Shown piece by piece: positions 8,672 through 18,416 of a stretch of DNA of 64,000 bases. The stretch covers positions 32,001 through 96,000 of IMG/VR virus record IMGVR_UViG_3300037805_000525; one strand, given 5' to 3'. Made by a program: the position numbers and the translations under genes. The stretch comes from a virus. The notes under the pieces were generated by a model. The model had not been told where the DNA came from and ran no database searches. It saw nothing but the letters and a program-made list of their open reading frames with translations. Each line of letters begins with the position of its first letter. Position 1 is the stretch's first letter.

Positions 8672-9493
8672 CTAAGGGGTTAACTCCTTCTCCATCGGAC
8701 CAACCTTCGACATCTGAACAGCCACCTCCTGGGTGTAGCCCTGCTTCATGGTGTCGTTGCCGTCTATGACGCGCCAGACTGCGCCGTTAGCGTTTCCAAG
8801 CCTGAGGAGTAGATCAAACGCGTCCTCGCGCGTTTCGCCAGCCACCCTCATTTGCAGCTGGCACGTGAACATTTTCAGGTCTGGGGTGTCGTGCGCAGCG
8901 GTTGCAGCGACGAAGCCTGCATCACTCAGCGCATCCTTCGTGCCCACGGTGCCGTCAGGATGGATGTCGACGAGCTCGCCATCCTTGCTGTCAAGCAGTT
9001 GCTCCAACTCAGAGCACGTAGGACGCTCCTGGTCGTCTGTGAGATCTGCGGCCTCCATGGCGTGGCGATCCGCGTCAGCGGTCGACATTGCCACCCACCC
9101 ATTGTTGGGCAGCTTCTTGAACTCGTGGAATGGGTCGCCCTCGGCCCAACGCCCAGACTCCATAAACTCCGTTGCGTCCGTGGCGCCGATAACGCCCTCA
9201 CCCTTCCATGACTCGACTAGGGCGTGTCCGATCGGCCGGTTGTCCGGATCCGGGCGCCACTCGCCGGCCACCCAGCACCGCGCTCCGTCGATGATCGCAG
9301 TTGCGAACACAATGTCGGAGCCGACCCTGTGCTGGACGCTTGAGCCCGGGGCGTTCGCAACATTGACGTACTCACGCAGCGCGTCAGGGGAGCGGTCGAG
9401 CGGAGCAGTGAACGCTGCGTGCGCTGCACTAGTGGCCCACCCATCCTTGTCGATGGTCATGACCTTGAGCAGCTTAGCTTCTTCCGGGATCAT
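8672..9493 (-). CDS. hypothetical protein
   Basis: ATG (MIPEE) with RBS ggag inside ORF 8672..9712. Confidence 0.7.
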   Translation of the reverse strand: MIPEEAKLLKVMTIDKDGWATSAAHAAFTAPLDRSPDALREYVNVANAPGSSVQHRVGSDIVFATAIIDGARCWVAGEWRPDPDNRPIGHALVESWKGEGVIGATDATEFMESGRWAEGDPFHEFKKLPNNGWVAMSTADADRHAMEAADLTDDQERPTCSELEQLLDSKDGELVDIHPDGTVGTKDALSDAGFVAATAAHDTPDLKMFTCQLQMRVAGETREDAFDLLLRLGNANGAVWRVIDGNDTMKQGYTQEVAVQMSKVGPMEKELTP

Positions 9494-9524
9494 TGTGCTT
9501 CTCCAGTGTGTAGTTGTGCTGGCG

Positions 9525-9935
9525 TTAGAAGTCTGACTGCTCGATACGGTAGCCGTCAGGTGAGTCGCCCTCAGAGACCCCGAACTTGGCGCATAGCTCA
9601 GGAAGCCAGGTGTCCAGGATGGACTCGCGCCATTCGAACATGAACCCGACCTCCTCGTAGAGCGCACGTGGGTCAGCCACCATGAACCGTGTGGGCACGC
9701 GTTCGCAGGCAACGATCACACAGTCCTTAATGATCACGCAGTGGCGCTCGCGGATGACCTTATCCGGGTCGGCGCCCAATGCGTCAGGCTCGGTACCGCT
9801 GCAGCCCATGTACCACCCGTCGCTTGGCGCGTTGTCCATGGTGTCGCCCACTTGGTGATCATCGTGAAAGTCATTCCCGGTACTGAACTGTGCGTCGACG
9901 AATTCGTCGTTGGTGCGCACCGTGCTGTAGCTCAT
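9525..9935 (-). CDS. acidic hypothetical protein
   Basis: ATG (MSYST) with RBS ggggg inside ORF 9525..10091. Confidence 0.7.
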   Translation of the reverse strand: MSYSTVRTNDEFVDAQFSTGNDFHDDHQVGDTMDNAPSDGWYMGCSGTEPDALGADPDKVIRERHCVIIKDCVIVACERVPTRFMVADPRALYEEVGFMFEWRESILDTWLPELCAKFGVSEGDSPDGYRIEQSDF

Positions 9936-9979
9936 GTGCGTGTCCCCCCATCCATTGTATGGCGAAGCGTACCACGCAA

Positions 9980-9996
9980 TTATCACAGTGTGATAA
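9980..9996. promoter_or_regulatory. 17-bp palindrome site 3
   Basis: TTATCACA-G-TGTGATAA between divergent genes. Confidence 0.9.
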
Positions 9997-10022
9997 TTGG
10001 CCGTACCTAGTTGAGTAGAGCG

Positions 10023-10049
10023 CAAAAGTGGGTTGGTGGCGGGCATAAG
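10023..10049 (+). promoter_or_regulatory. putative phage promoter
   Basis: caaa-N15-GGCATAAG. Confidence 0.75.
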
Positions 10050-10090
10050 ATACTTAGCGCCAGGCTTCTTGGTGCATGGAGGATTTGACA

Positions 10091-10339
10091 ATGGCTACGT
10101 ACGATTTCCACACAGCGGAAAACGCAGCGGTTGCGCACGTTGTTGTGTACCGCGCAAACCCCGACGGATCGCCGGAGGCGGTGATCGCGGACTTTTACAT
10201 GCTCCCTGGGGAGCCCGACATCCGGAACGCTGAGGAGCGCGCAGGACTGTTTCTGGAGGCCCTACGCCTGGTGGAGCGCGCCGCAGCTTCCAAACGTGCG
10301 TACGAGCGTGCACACGGAGGGGTTGAAGACCATGGATGA
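10091..10339 (+). CDS. hypothetical protein
   Basis: RBS ggagg. Confidence 0.7.
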   Translation: MATYDFHTAENAAVAHVVVYRANPDGSPEAVIADFYMLPGEPDIRNAEERAGLFLEALRLVERAAASKRAYERAHGGVEDHG

Positions 10340-11288
10340 CGCAAACAACATCGGTGTTTGGGGTGGCGGAGACCACGACTTGGTCACGCAGTTCAATCTT
10401 GACTCAGCACTCGAGCAGGCATGCCTGGGTACCCCGTGCGCTGATGGGGTGGACGCCGCGCGAGTGTGGCTGGGGGAGTACGGGTCCCGACGTATGGACC
10501 CGCAAGCAATCTTCGACCTGGAGGCGTACTGCAGGGATGAGTACGTCGATAGTGGTGGGGAGGAGCCAGAAGAGGACCTTCAGGTGGTCGACTGGTTCCT
10601 GGCCTCATGCCGCGCGCCATGCGAGTACCTTGAGTACGCCAAGGTGCACAAGGTACTCTCCTGGCTTCCTGGGCTGGCCGCTAACGAGGCGTTGCCGCTT
10701 GACGAGGCACACGCACTCCTGCAGCGTAGGGACTTGCTTCAATACGCGTTCGACGTGCGCCGGGCACTAGCAACACGCCCACTGCACCTGCACACGGCAA
10801 AGATCCTAGCTACTGACGGCGACGAGCATGTGCAGGCAGCGCTGGGGGTCTTCGATGGTACGCACGAGGAGGTTCTCCGTATTGTTAGTGAGAGCACAAG
10901 CAACTTCGCGGCTGCGTCAGTGCTACGAAACCGCAACACGCCTCCTGACGTGGTCGCACGGCTCACGCAGGGTTACCCGGAAGGGGTGGTTGTGCGTGCA
11001 TACCTCTGCCGTGCAGACTGCCGCGAAGACGCGCTGGCGCGCTGGGAGGGGCACACAAGCGCCCACGTACGTGTCTTGGTGGCGAGTACCTCGGGCAGGT
11101 CCGCGGAGTCGCTGATGCGGCTCGCGAAAGATCGAAGTGGTCGCGTCCGGCGCGCAGTCTTCTACAACCCAGAAGCGTCCAGTGAGATCCGCAGCGTTGC
11201 GTGGGACCTAACGCCAGAGCTTCAAGAGTACCGGGCGCGCCCGGTACCCGCTTCTCAAATGTACGTGGACGATGCGGAGCAGGTTTAG
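10332..11288 (+). CDS. leucine-rich-variant/HEAT-like repeat protein, paralog 1
   Basis: repeats such as LAKD...VRRAVFYNP and NRNTPPDV; N-terminal PC...DWFL. Confidence 0.75.
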   Translation: MDDANNIGVWGGGDHDLVTQFNLDSALEQACLGTPCADGVDAARVWLGEYGSRRMDPQAIFDLEAYCRDEYVDSGGEEPEEDLQVVDWFLASCRAPCEYLEYAKVHKVLSWLPGLAANEALPLDEAHALLQRRDLLQYAFDVRRALATRPLHLHTAKILATDGDEHVQAALGVFDGTHEEVLRIVSESTSNFAAASVLRNRNTPPDVVARLTQGYPEGVVVRAYLCRADCREDALARWEGHTSAHVRVLVASTSGRSAESLMRLAKDRSGRVRRAVFYNPEASSEIRSVAWDLTPELQEYRARPVPASQMYVDDAEQV

Positions 11289-11521
11289 TGGAAATCAAGG
11301 ACGCAGATAGCTGGGGCCCTCTCGGAGACCCTTACCCCGGCGATGACCAGCACCTCGCCAGGTACAAGGGCGCATCGGTGGTTGACCACAACGGGGATGG
11401 GTTCCTAGTTGCCAAGTGTGCGCGGTCAGATGACATGTACCTCGTTAAGTTAGCGACAGGCGACCTGGTGCACCACAGCACAGCAGCTTACCCCGTGTGG
11501 CTGACGCCAAATAGCTTCTAG
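11288..11521 (+). CDS. hypothetical protein
   Basis: GTG start overlapping previous stop. Confidence 0.55.
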   Translation: MEIKDADSWGPLGDPYPGDDQHLARYKGASVVDHNGDGFLVAKCARSDDMYLVKLATGDLVHHSTAAYPVWLTPNSF

Positions 11522-11560
11522 GTAGGCACGCGCCACACATAACACATTCAGGGAGTACAC

Positions 11561-12544
11561 ATGACCACACAGATTGATCTACCAAAGTTCCACGACGGTC
11601 TGTCCGTCCGTACCGTGATTAGCGCGCATTGTGGGCGTAAGCCGTGCGACGAGGCAGTCGAACGGCTCGACACCTACCTCGCGTCCAGCAATGGGTATGG
11701 CAACCGCGCCGTTGAACTCAACGCAGAGTTCGTCGCCGGTTACATGGGCGCTGGCGATATGTTCGCTGACGAGAAAGGCTACTACGACCCAGACGATGAC
11801 GGCCCCGAAACAGACGTCGATTGGTTCCTGTAGCGCTGCCTGAACCCGACGCATTACCTCGAGGCGGACGAATGCAAAGGAAACCTGGTGTGGATGGCGG
11901 CGCTGGCACGGAACTCGCGGTGCAGTGCAGAAGAGTTGGACGCGCTCGTGGCGATAAGCGGCGAGCCGGAGTATGAGTACCAGCACGATGTCATCCTCGG
12001 TGTTGTCGGCAATGTGTGTACGTCGGCCACTACGATACAGCGCGTGCTGGACGCACCTGAGTGCCAGAGCCTATGGCGGTTCGTCGCGAGGGCCCCGAAC
12101 ATCACGCCGGAGCAGATCGAGCAGCTGTGGAACGCCGAGACTATGCATGTGACGGTCTTGGAGATCCTGGCCGGCAACGCGAGACTACCCGCGGACATCC
12201 GAGAGCAGGCCAGGACGCACGCCAACGCACACGTACGGCGCGCCTACATGCGCAACCCCTTGTTCACCAAGGAGGACTTGGTGGCCGCGTGCGCAGACGA
12301 GAACCCGTGCATTAGGTGCGCCGCGGTATACAACACGCGCATGACCGGTGAACTACTCGCAACCATGGCGGACGACTGTTCCACGATGGTTCTGCTGGGA
12401 ATTGTTGGGTCGGCGCATGTGCGCTCCGACACCCTGCGTTACATCGCCGACCGCCCTGACGTCACCCTCGAGGTCAGTTCTGCGGCAACCTCACGACTTG
12501 CAAACCTCAGCGTGCTCCAGGCGCATAAAGTGGTCACAAAATGA
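11561..12544 (+). pseudogene. LRV/HEAT-like repeat protein, paralog 2, interrupted by in-frame TAG at 11831-11833
   Basis: ORFs 11561..11833 and 11888..12544 are in the same frame; DWFL*RC aligns with YWFLLRC and DWFLASC of the paralogs. Confidence 0.75.
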
Positions 12545-13542
12545 CGAAGCCCACATACGACGTTCCGCTACCTCCGCTCGCGTCTAGCCTCTCTGTTGAG
12601 GAGGTGTTGGAGATGTACTGCTCCGAGGAGCCGTGTTGGGAGGCTGTATCCCGTGTGACAGCCTTTTTGGAGGTCGTACACGCGTACAGACCTGTCGAAA
12701 TCAGCGCTGAGTTGCTGCGCAGCTACATCGACACCCAAATCGAACTGGAGGATGTGCGGTGCGGCAGCAACACTCGAGAAGGTGACGTGTACTGGTTCCT
12801 GCTCCGGTGTCCGTCCCCAGAGGCGTACAGCGGGGTAGTGATCGGACCGGGGGGGCCCAACGGGCTGTCCGAGGCTGTGGCGCGCAATCCGGGGTGCAGC
12901 CCAGATACGTTGCACGAGCTGCGCATGTACCCCAGGTGCATAGTGCACGTAGCGCACAACCTGTCGACACGCGAGGATACGCTTGAGGAGGTGGTGCAGA
13001 TAGCCACGCGAGGCGGGAATACGGAGGGCTGGCGAGGCGGGTTGGGTTTGGCGCCCTCGGGTGAGTGGCGGAATGTCTTGAATACGGCGATCATGAACCC
13101 GAACGTGCCCGAAAGTCTTCTCTGTAGGCTATGGGACGAGGGGGACGATGTCCTGCGCGCGGGGATTGTGCGCCACGCGAACGCGTCCGAAGCGCACCGC
13201 GAGTATGGTTACCGAAGCGCAGATCCGTACATGCGTGTGTCGGCCATGCTCAGCCCGCATGCCTCGAGCGAGTACCTGTACGCGTCGTGTACCGACCCCG
13301 CGGTTCGAGTGCGAAAACTGATGGCAGGCGATGACCGCGCAACCGCAGAGATGCTGGGCATCCTCGCGGAGGATATGGACCCCGACGTGTTGTGGCGCGT
13401 GGCGCAGCGCGACGACATTTCGGACGAGGTCCTCCTACGTGCATGGACACGCATGAAGAAGCTGGCGACGTGGTCGCGGCTTGGGTTCATGAACTCAAGG
13501 GCATCTTCTAGGCTGGCCGCGCTTCTTGAGGCGCGTCGCTAG
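12541..13542 (+). CDS. LRV/HEAT-like repeat protein, paralog 3
   Basis: VARNPGCSPDTL, NPNVP and LAEDMDPDVLWRVA repeats. Confidence 0.8.
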   Translation: MTKPTYDVPLPPLASSLSVEEVLEMYCSEEPCWEAVSRVTAFLEVVHAYRPVEISAELLRSYIDTQIELEDVRCGSNTREGDVYWFLLRCPSPEAYSGVVIGPGGPNGLSEAVARNPGCSPDTLHELRMYPRCIVHVAHNLSTREDTLEEVVQIATRGGNTEGWRGGLGLAPSGEWRNVLNTAIMNPNVPESLLCRLWDEGDDVLRAGIVRHANASEAHREYGYRSADPYMRVSAMLSPHASSEYLYASCTDPAVRVRKLMAGDDRATAEMLGILAEDMDPDVLWRVAQRDDISDEVLLRAWTRMKKLATWSRLGFMNSRASSRLAALLEARR

Positions 13543-13554
13543 GCTCGCCGGGCG

Positions 13555-13581
13555 AAGAGGGCGCGAGCCCTCTTTTCTTAC
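13555..13581 (+). terminator. terminator between convergent blocks
   Basis: aagagggc-gcga-gccctctt followed by ttcttac. Confidence 0.7.
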
Positions 13582-13995
13582 CTATGGCTTGGCCGGGGCG
13601 GGTGCGGGTGCGGTGGCTTCGCGTAGCTGCTTGATCGTGGCGAGCACCTTGTACTTGAGCAGTGAGATCTTGGCCATCTCGGTGCGGCCGCCTGCGTACA
13701 TGGCGTCGGCGGTATTGAAGGGCAGCTCCACATCTGCCGAGTCAACCGGCTCAGGCAATGGCGGACCAATCTTGGCGATGCGTCGGTCCACCGACTCCAG
13801 AAGACTGAGCCCCGTGTAGAAGGAGTCGGCTCGAGTACTGCTCTCGATGAACTGCAGCGCCTCTTGTAATACTTCGTGGATCTTCTCTTGCTGCAGCTGC
13901 GTGGTCTTGGCTGCAGCAGGCACCTGGTAGGGCAGCGGTATGTTCGCTGGGCTCAGCAGGTTGTCTACGCCGAAGACAAATCGTTCATCAGGCAT
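13582..13995 (-). CDS. hypothetical protein (end of structural block)
   Basis: overlaps stop of upstream 827 aa gene. Confidence 0.75.
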   Translation of the reverse strand: MPDERFVFGVDNLLSPANIPLPYQVPAAAKTTQLQQEKIHEVLQEALQFIESSTRADSFYTGLSLLESVDRRIAKIGPPLPEPVDSADVELPFNTADAMYAGGRTEMAKISLLKYKVLATIKQLREATAPAPAPAKP

Positions 13996-16471
13996 CGTCG
14001 ATCTCCGCGATGTAGTCAGACATGAGGGACGTGCCGAGCGAAGAACTCGCCGCAGGCTCGCTGCCGTATGTACGCATTGCTGCAGCGAGCAGTGCCTCTA
14101 CGGAGTCAGTGTCTGTGAGCGACGTGGGCTCCGTCAACCCGAACACGGACCACTCGAGCGCCATGAGTTTGGTGTGTACCCAGCTCAGGTTGGCTTGGTG
14201 GAGTGCGTTGGACAGGTCAGCGAGCTCCTGGGGTGCGGCGGCACTGTAGCTGGACGACGCGCTGGCTATGCCGTCGAAGATGAGCATGAGCGTGCTGCGT
14301 ACATACGCCCAGGCATCCGGAGACACGCCGTTGAGTGGATGCTGCAGACCAGGGGCGTAGCGTTGGTCTGCTAGTAGCTTGCGAACGGTACGCAGTGTGC
14401 CGCGTAGGTAGCTGGCGGTTACCGGTGTGGTCGTGGGGCCAGCACCATAGATTGCCGCGCCTGCTTCTGCGTAGGCTGCCAGGGTGACCACGCCGCCCAT
14501 GGACGAGCGAACCTCCGCCCATCCGCCGAGGGGGCCGACTGCGTAGTCGCCGGCGCGGATACGGTAGCGAGGACCCGACGCAGTGTATGAGTAGCGGGGC
14601 TGGGTGGCGAACGCCTCGTCGGGCAGTCCGAACTCAGGCCCAGGTCCTCCCCCGGGAACAAGCTCAAAGAGTTGGTTGGAGTCGATGACAAGCTCTGTGG
14701 TCTCCAGGGCGAAGGTGATGTCTACGCTGCCGGCCACGCCCAGTACGTCCAGAGGTAGGACGATAGGGGTGAGCAGCGTGACCTGGGTGGGGTTGGCGGA
14801 GACGACCTGGTGGTACCCGTCGTATGGGGTAAGGACGTGCAGGAACGCAGCTTGTGTTCCGTCGGCTACGTCAATGAGGCTCGCACCGGCTGCGGTGATG
14901 GTGGCTGCGGCAGGCGGGCTACGGTACTGCGTGTTCTGCGTAGGGACGATGTCTAGCGCAGCCGGGTTGGTAATGGTGAGGTCGTTGAACCATACGTCAA
15001 CGCCGTAGCCCTCTACAGGCACGGTGGTGAGTAGGTCATTGAGCGTGGTGGGTGGGGTGATCCAAGTGACGCCATCTACTGCAGTGCTGAGCACGGGAGT
15101 GGTACTGCCCATGGGGATACCCATACGAGCTGCAGAGCCTGCGGTGTCGTAGGTGAACAGCAGATTGCCGCCGGTGGTGTGCACACAGTCTACCGAAGCC
15201 GTAAAGTTCGAAATCTCGGTTGCGAGTTCGGACAGGTTGTACTTCACCGGAGGGGCAAATATCACAGTGTGATAAATCGAATTACCTGCTGCGACGGTGA
15301 CTGTGTAGAAGGGTGACTCGTCGGTTACGAGGTACTTGCGGTAGCTGAAGTGGAACTGCGTGCCGACGGGCAGTTCTTGATCGGTGCCTGGCACAGTGAG
15401 GTCAGCGTAGGCAATAGTGACCTTGCCGGACGTGTAGTCGATGCCGCTAGAAATGTCGAGCGGCCAACCACTTACGCTGACTAGGTTGCCGGTTCCGTCG
15501 TCCGTTATGTGGTCGTTGGCTACGTGCAGCACCAGGGAGCCCGGTACGACATGTTCTCGCAGCGTTCGAACGTACGGACCCTTCCCGCCAGGTGCGTTTA
15601 TCGAGTGGATCCCACTAAACGGGGCAGCCAGGTCCGCACCGTAGACAGAGGTAGTGGTAGCCATCGCCCGGATGGCTGCGGGGGAGGAGATGGTCACCGT
15701 ATTTCCCGGCTCGCCCGAATACTGCAACTCTGCGGAGTCGGTACTCAGGCTGTGGAGCGGAAACGTGCTCCCTTCCATCTTGAAGGGGCCGACCGCAACC
15801 AGGTCTGTGCCCTTTGGGGCGTCTAGGTCTATGTCGACCGCGCTCTCTTCGACAACAGAGGCGGACACAGCGGCTATTGCGGACAAATCCTTGGTTGCGG
15901 TGCCGTCCGGGCGCACGTTAGCTCGTACAGCGTCGTCTACGCTCTGTACAACACGTCTGCGCGTAGCAAAGGCGACGTCTGCCGCCTCCCAGGCTGTACG
16001 AGAGCGTGTAAGCGCGTTCAGTGCAGTCTCGAACTCTACTAGTGCAAGCTGGATCGAGCGCACAGCATTTATCACAATGTGATAATCCACCTCGCTGGAC
16101 GCGGCGGTGGACGAGGCGGACAGTTCGTTGAGAGCGCGCACTGCGCCGCTGCTGCCCTGGTCAAGGTGCAGCAGCGCGTTGTCCGCGGCGTCCACGCTCT
16201 CTGTTGTCAGGGTCTGCGTAGGCGCTCTGCGGGTGGATATGAGCGTAAGGAGGTGTTCCCGCGCTGTACTGGACTTGGCGGCGAGTGTACGAAGGTATGT
16301 GCCGTAGATGGCGTAGTACCCGCATTGGTCGTACTGGAGTGTGCGTGAGCAGAGGTCTAGTGCAACCTCCAGTATCTCCGCGGCTGTCTTGCCTCGCATC
16401 GTTCCGAGATCTACGCTCGGGGACAACCCCTGAGCTAGTCCCGCGATGTAGGCCTCAGAATATCGAGGCAT
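13988..16471 (-). CDS. putative virion structural/baseplate protein
   Basis: VVPGSL...ITDDGTGNL...IDYTSGKVTI motif typical of large myophage baseplate/tail proteins. Confidence 0.65.
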   Translation of the reverse strand: MPRYSEAYIAGLAQGLSPSVDLGTMRGKTAAEILEVALDLCSRTLQYDQCGYYAIYGTYLRTLAAKSSTAREHLLTLISTRRAPTQTLTTESVDAADNALLHLDQGSSGAVRALNELSASSTAASSEVDYHIVINAVRSIQLALVEFETALNALTRSRTAWEAADVAFATRRRVVQSVDDAVRANVRPDGTATKDLSAIAAVSASVVEESAVDIDLDAPKGTDLVAVGPFKMEGSTFPLHSLSTDSAELQYSGEPGNTVTISSPAAIRAMATTTSVYGADLAAPFSGIHSINAPGGKGPYVRTLREHVVPGSLVLHVANDHITDDGTGNLVSVSGWPLDISSGIDYTSGKVTIAYADLTVPGTDQELPVGTQFHFSYRKYLVTDESPFYTVTVAAGNSIYHTVIFAPPVKYNLSELATEISNFTASVDCVHTTGGNLLFTYDTAGSAARMGIPMGSTTPVLSTAVDGVTWITPPTTLNDLLTTVPVEGYGVDVWFNDLTITNPAALDIVPTQNTQYRSPPAAATITAAGASLIDVADGTQAAFLHVLTPYDGYHQVVSANPTQVTLLTPIVLPLDVLGVAGSVDITFALETTELVIDSNQLFELVPGGGPGPEFGLPDEAFATQPRYSYTASGPRYRIRAGDYAVGPLGGWAEVRSSMGGVVTLAAYAEAGAAIYGAGPTTTPVTASYLRGTLRTVRKLLADQRYAPGLQHPLNGVSPDAWAYVRSTLMLIFDGIASASSSYSAAAPQELADLSNALHQANLSWVHTKLMALEWSVFGLTEPTSLTDTDSVEALLAAAMRTYGSEPAASSSLGTSLMSDYIAEIDDA
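15259..15275. promoter_or_regulatory. 17-bp palindrome site 4 (inside CDS)
   Basis: ATATCACA-G-TGTGATAA, encodes YHTVI. Confidence 0.85.
16069..16085. promoter_or_regulatory. 17-bp palindrome site 5 (inside CDS)
   Basis: TTATCACA-A-TGTGATAA, encodes YHIVI. Confidence 0.85.
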
Positions 16472-16869
16472 TAGTCACAGCTTTCGGGGTTGGTTCCGCG
16501 CAGTCGGCGGATGCCTTGTGCGTCAGCAGTACGGGCCAGCTTACGGACCGTGTGCGGGGAAATGTTGAATGCACCGCATACCGACTCGAACGAGTAGATG
16601 TACGTGGCTGTCTTGAAGTCCGTGATCAGGTCAAATATCCACGACGCAGCATCAGCGCCTAGCTCACGCTTCTGCGCGTCTGGGCTGGACCGGTACAGTA
16701 CATAGTCAGAGACGCCACGACGTAGGACAGCCAACATGAGCTGTGCCGCCCCGGAATCAGCACCCTGATGCGCACGATCCAGTTTGAGGCACTCACACGT
16801 CTGTGGGTCGCAGAGGCCGAGCTGCTTGAGCGTGCACTCGTAGTTTGGATTGTGCTTATTCCTGCTCAC
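16471..16869 (-). CDS. conserved hypothetical protein, possibly DNA-binding
   Basis: LMLAVL...D...A..WIF...YSFESVC..FNISP.TVR pattern with HTH-like C-terminus. Confidence 0.65.
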   Translation of the reverse strand: MSRNKHNPNYECTLKQLGLCDPQTCECLKLDRAHQGADSGAAQLMLAVLRRGVSDYVLYRSSPDAQKRELGADAASWIFDLITDFKTATYIYSFESVCGAFNISPHTVRKLARTADAQGIRRLRGTNPESCD

Positions 16870-17783
16870 GCGACGGTGACCTCAATCGCGCCAACGAGCG
16901 CGCTCACCAGGTCTCCACCGAACCCAAACCCTTCGGGCAGCTCGACGGGGATTAGCGTAGGGGTGTAGGTGACCACGCCAGCGGCGAGGCCCGTGAACTC
17001 TACGGCCGTGCCTTCAAGAGCCAGGTCAGCCACGTCGGGCACATCCTCGCTCAAGTACACGCGCGAGTCGGTCAACAAGACACCGCTGGTGAGCAGTATC
17101 TTGTAGGTGAGCTCCTTGACCTCGGCTACAGCCAGCGCAAGGGCGGGTGCGGCTCGTGAGAGTTCCGCTGCGCCGTCGAACCAGACAATCCCCGCAACAA
17201 CCGGGAAGATGATGGACATCAGGTCGGCAGACGGAGCGTCTGGTACGTGTATGTACCAGCTGCCTAGCTGCGTGCCCAAGGCTACGCTGTACGTGCGCCC
17301 ACGCAGTAGCGAGACGGACATGCGCCCATCTTTGTCTGCCACGACATCCACCGGCGCTCGGTTGAGTCCGAGGAGGACACTGGATACGTCGCGAACAGAG
17401 TCCCCGCAGTGGATGGTGATTCGCGCGGTGAGATCACCAGACGGCGAGCCGTCCAGGTCCTCGAAGTACCCAGTGCATAGGCACCGTCCGGGGTCGGCCG
17501 ACTGCGGTAGGGTGGGCGACGCCACCAACACTGTAAACAGCACGGGGGCCGCTTGATCGGGCACCACGGCGGAGAACGTGTTGCCGGCGTGTGCGGTGAG
17601 CGGTTGCGGCCCGTGTACCCGCATGGAGTATGTTCCTGCGGGCTGGTCTCCGAGGAAGACGCGCCCCGCTACGTCGGTGTACCCACTGCCTACGAGCGCA
17701 AGCCCGGCGTCGTACATCGCGACGAACACATCCGCGCGGACATCGGCAGGGGTTGAGACCGCTTCAGCGAATACTTGTGGCAC
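16866..17783 (-). CDS. Ig/transthyretin-like beta-sandwich virion protein
   Basis: TD..G...PAGTY repeats; similar to 20104..21288. Confidence 0.6.
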   Translation of the reverse strand: MPQVFAEAVSTPADVRADVFVAMYDAGLALVGSGYTDVAGRVFLGDQPAGTYSMRVHGPQPLTAHAGNTFSAVVPDQAAPVLFTVLVASPTLPQSADPGRCLCTGYFEDLDGSPSGDLTARITIHCGDSVRDVSSVLLGLNRAPVDVVADKDGRMSVSLLRGRTYSVALGTQLGSWYIHVPDAPSADLMSIIFPVVAGIVWFDGAAELSRAAPALALAVAEVKELTYKILLTSGVLLTDSRVYLSEDVPDVADLALEGTAVEFTGLAAGVVTYTPTLIPVELPEGFGFGGDLVSALVGAIEVTVA

Positions 17784-17786
17784 TGC

Positions 17787-18416
17787 TCAACTCCAGGCTT
17801 TGGGCATGAACGTGGTTTCGGGGTAAGTGTAGCCCCATTCTTCTGGATACAAGCTGCCTTCTTTTGAGACACACCACGCAACAAGCTGCGCGCTCGTCAC
17901 CACGCCGCCACTGCTGTTGAGCATCAGGACACGCTGGAGTAGTTCGGTGAACGTGTGCTCCCCGTAGCGATCCCCCCAGTTACCCGTGGCCCTGAACATC
18001 GTCTCGACGCCCAAGTACACACATATGGCGTGTCCGTGCAGCTTCCCGTCAGCGCCGATGTAGTTCAGCGACACAACACGGGCAAGCCGATCCGAAGGCA
18101 GTACGGCGGCGGCCCAGGATGCGAAGTCGTCGCAGTCCATTGCCATGCGCGGTGGCTGCGGTTTCCCTTCGGCGATGAGGTCCAACACGTACTGTGTGCG
18201 GCACGGGTGGCCGACGGCGTCCCACAACTCGCGCCAGCCGTCAGACCTGTACGTGAGTTTGTCCATCTCTGTGACCACGCGTGCCGGAGGCAGCTCACGT
18301 GGAAGATGCGCGCTCCACGGGCCGAACAGGCGGTAGAGGTTGGACCAGGCGGCTCGGATGTATCGGTGCGTGCTGTAAGCAGCTCGCCAGACCCACGTTC
18401 GGTAAATATTCATCAC
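17787..18416 (-). CDS. transglutaminase-like (papain-fold) cysteine peptidase
   Basis: MDCDDFASW catalytic Cys motif and GHAICVY His motif. Confidence 0.65.
   Translation of the reverse strand: MMNIYRTWVWRAAYSTHRYIRAAWSNLYRLFGPWSAHLPRELPPARVVTEMDKLTYRSDGWRELWDAVGHPCRTQYVLDLIAEGKPQPPRMAMDCDDFASWAAAVLPSDRLARVVSLNYIGADGKLHGHAICVYLGVETMFRATGNWGDRYGEHTFTELLQRVLMLNSSGGVVTSAQLVAWCVSKEGSLYPEEWGYTYPETTFMPKAWS

Noticed and set aside
11831-11833. Genome-wide TAG recoding (code 15)
   Set aside because: Long genes (sheath, hub, tape measure) are uninterrupted, and many genes end in TAG right before terminators or the next start.
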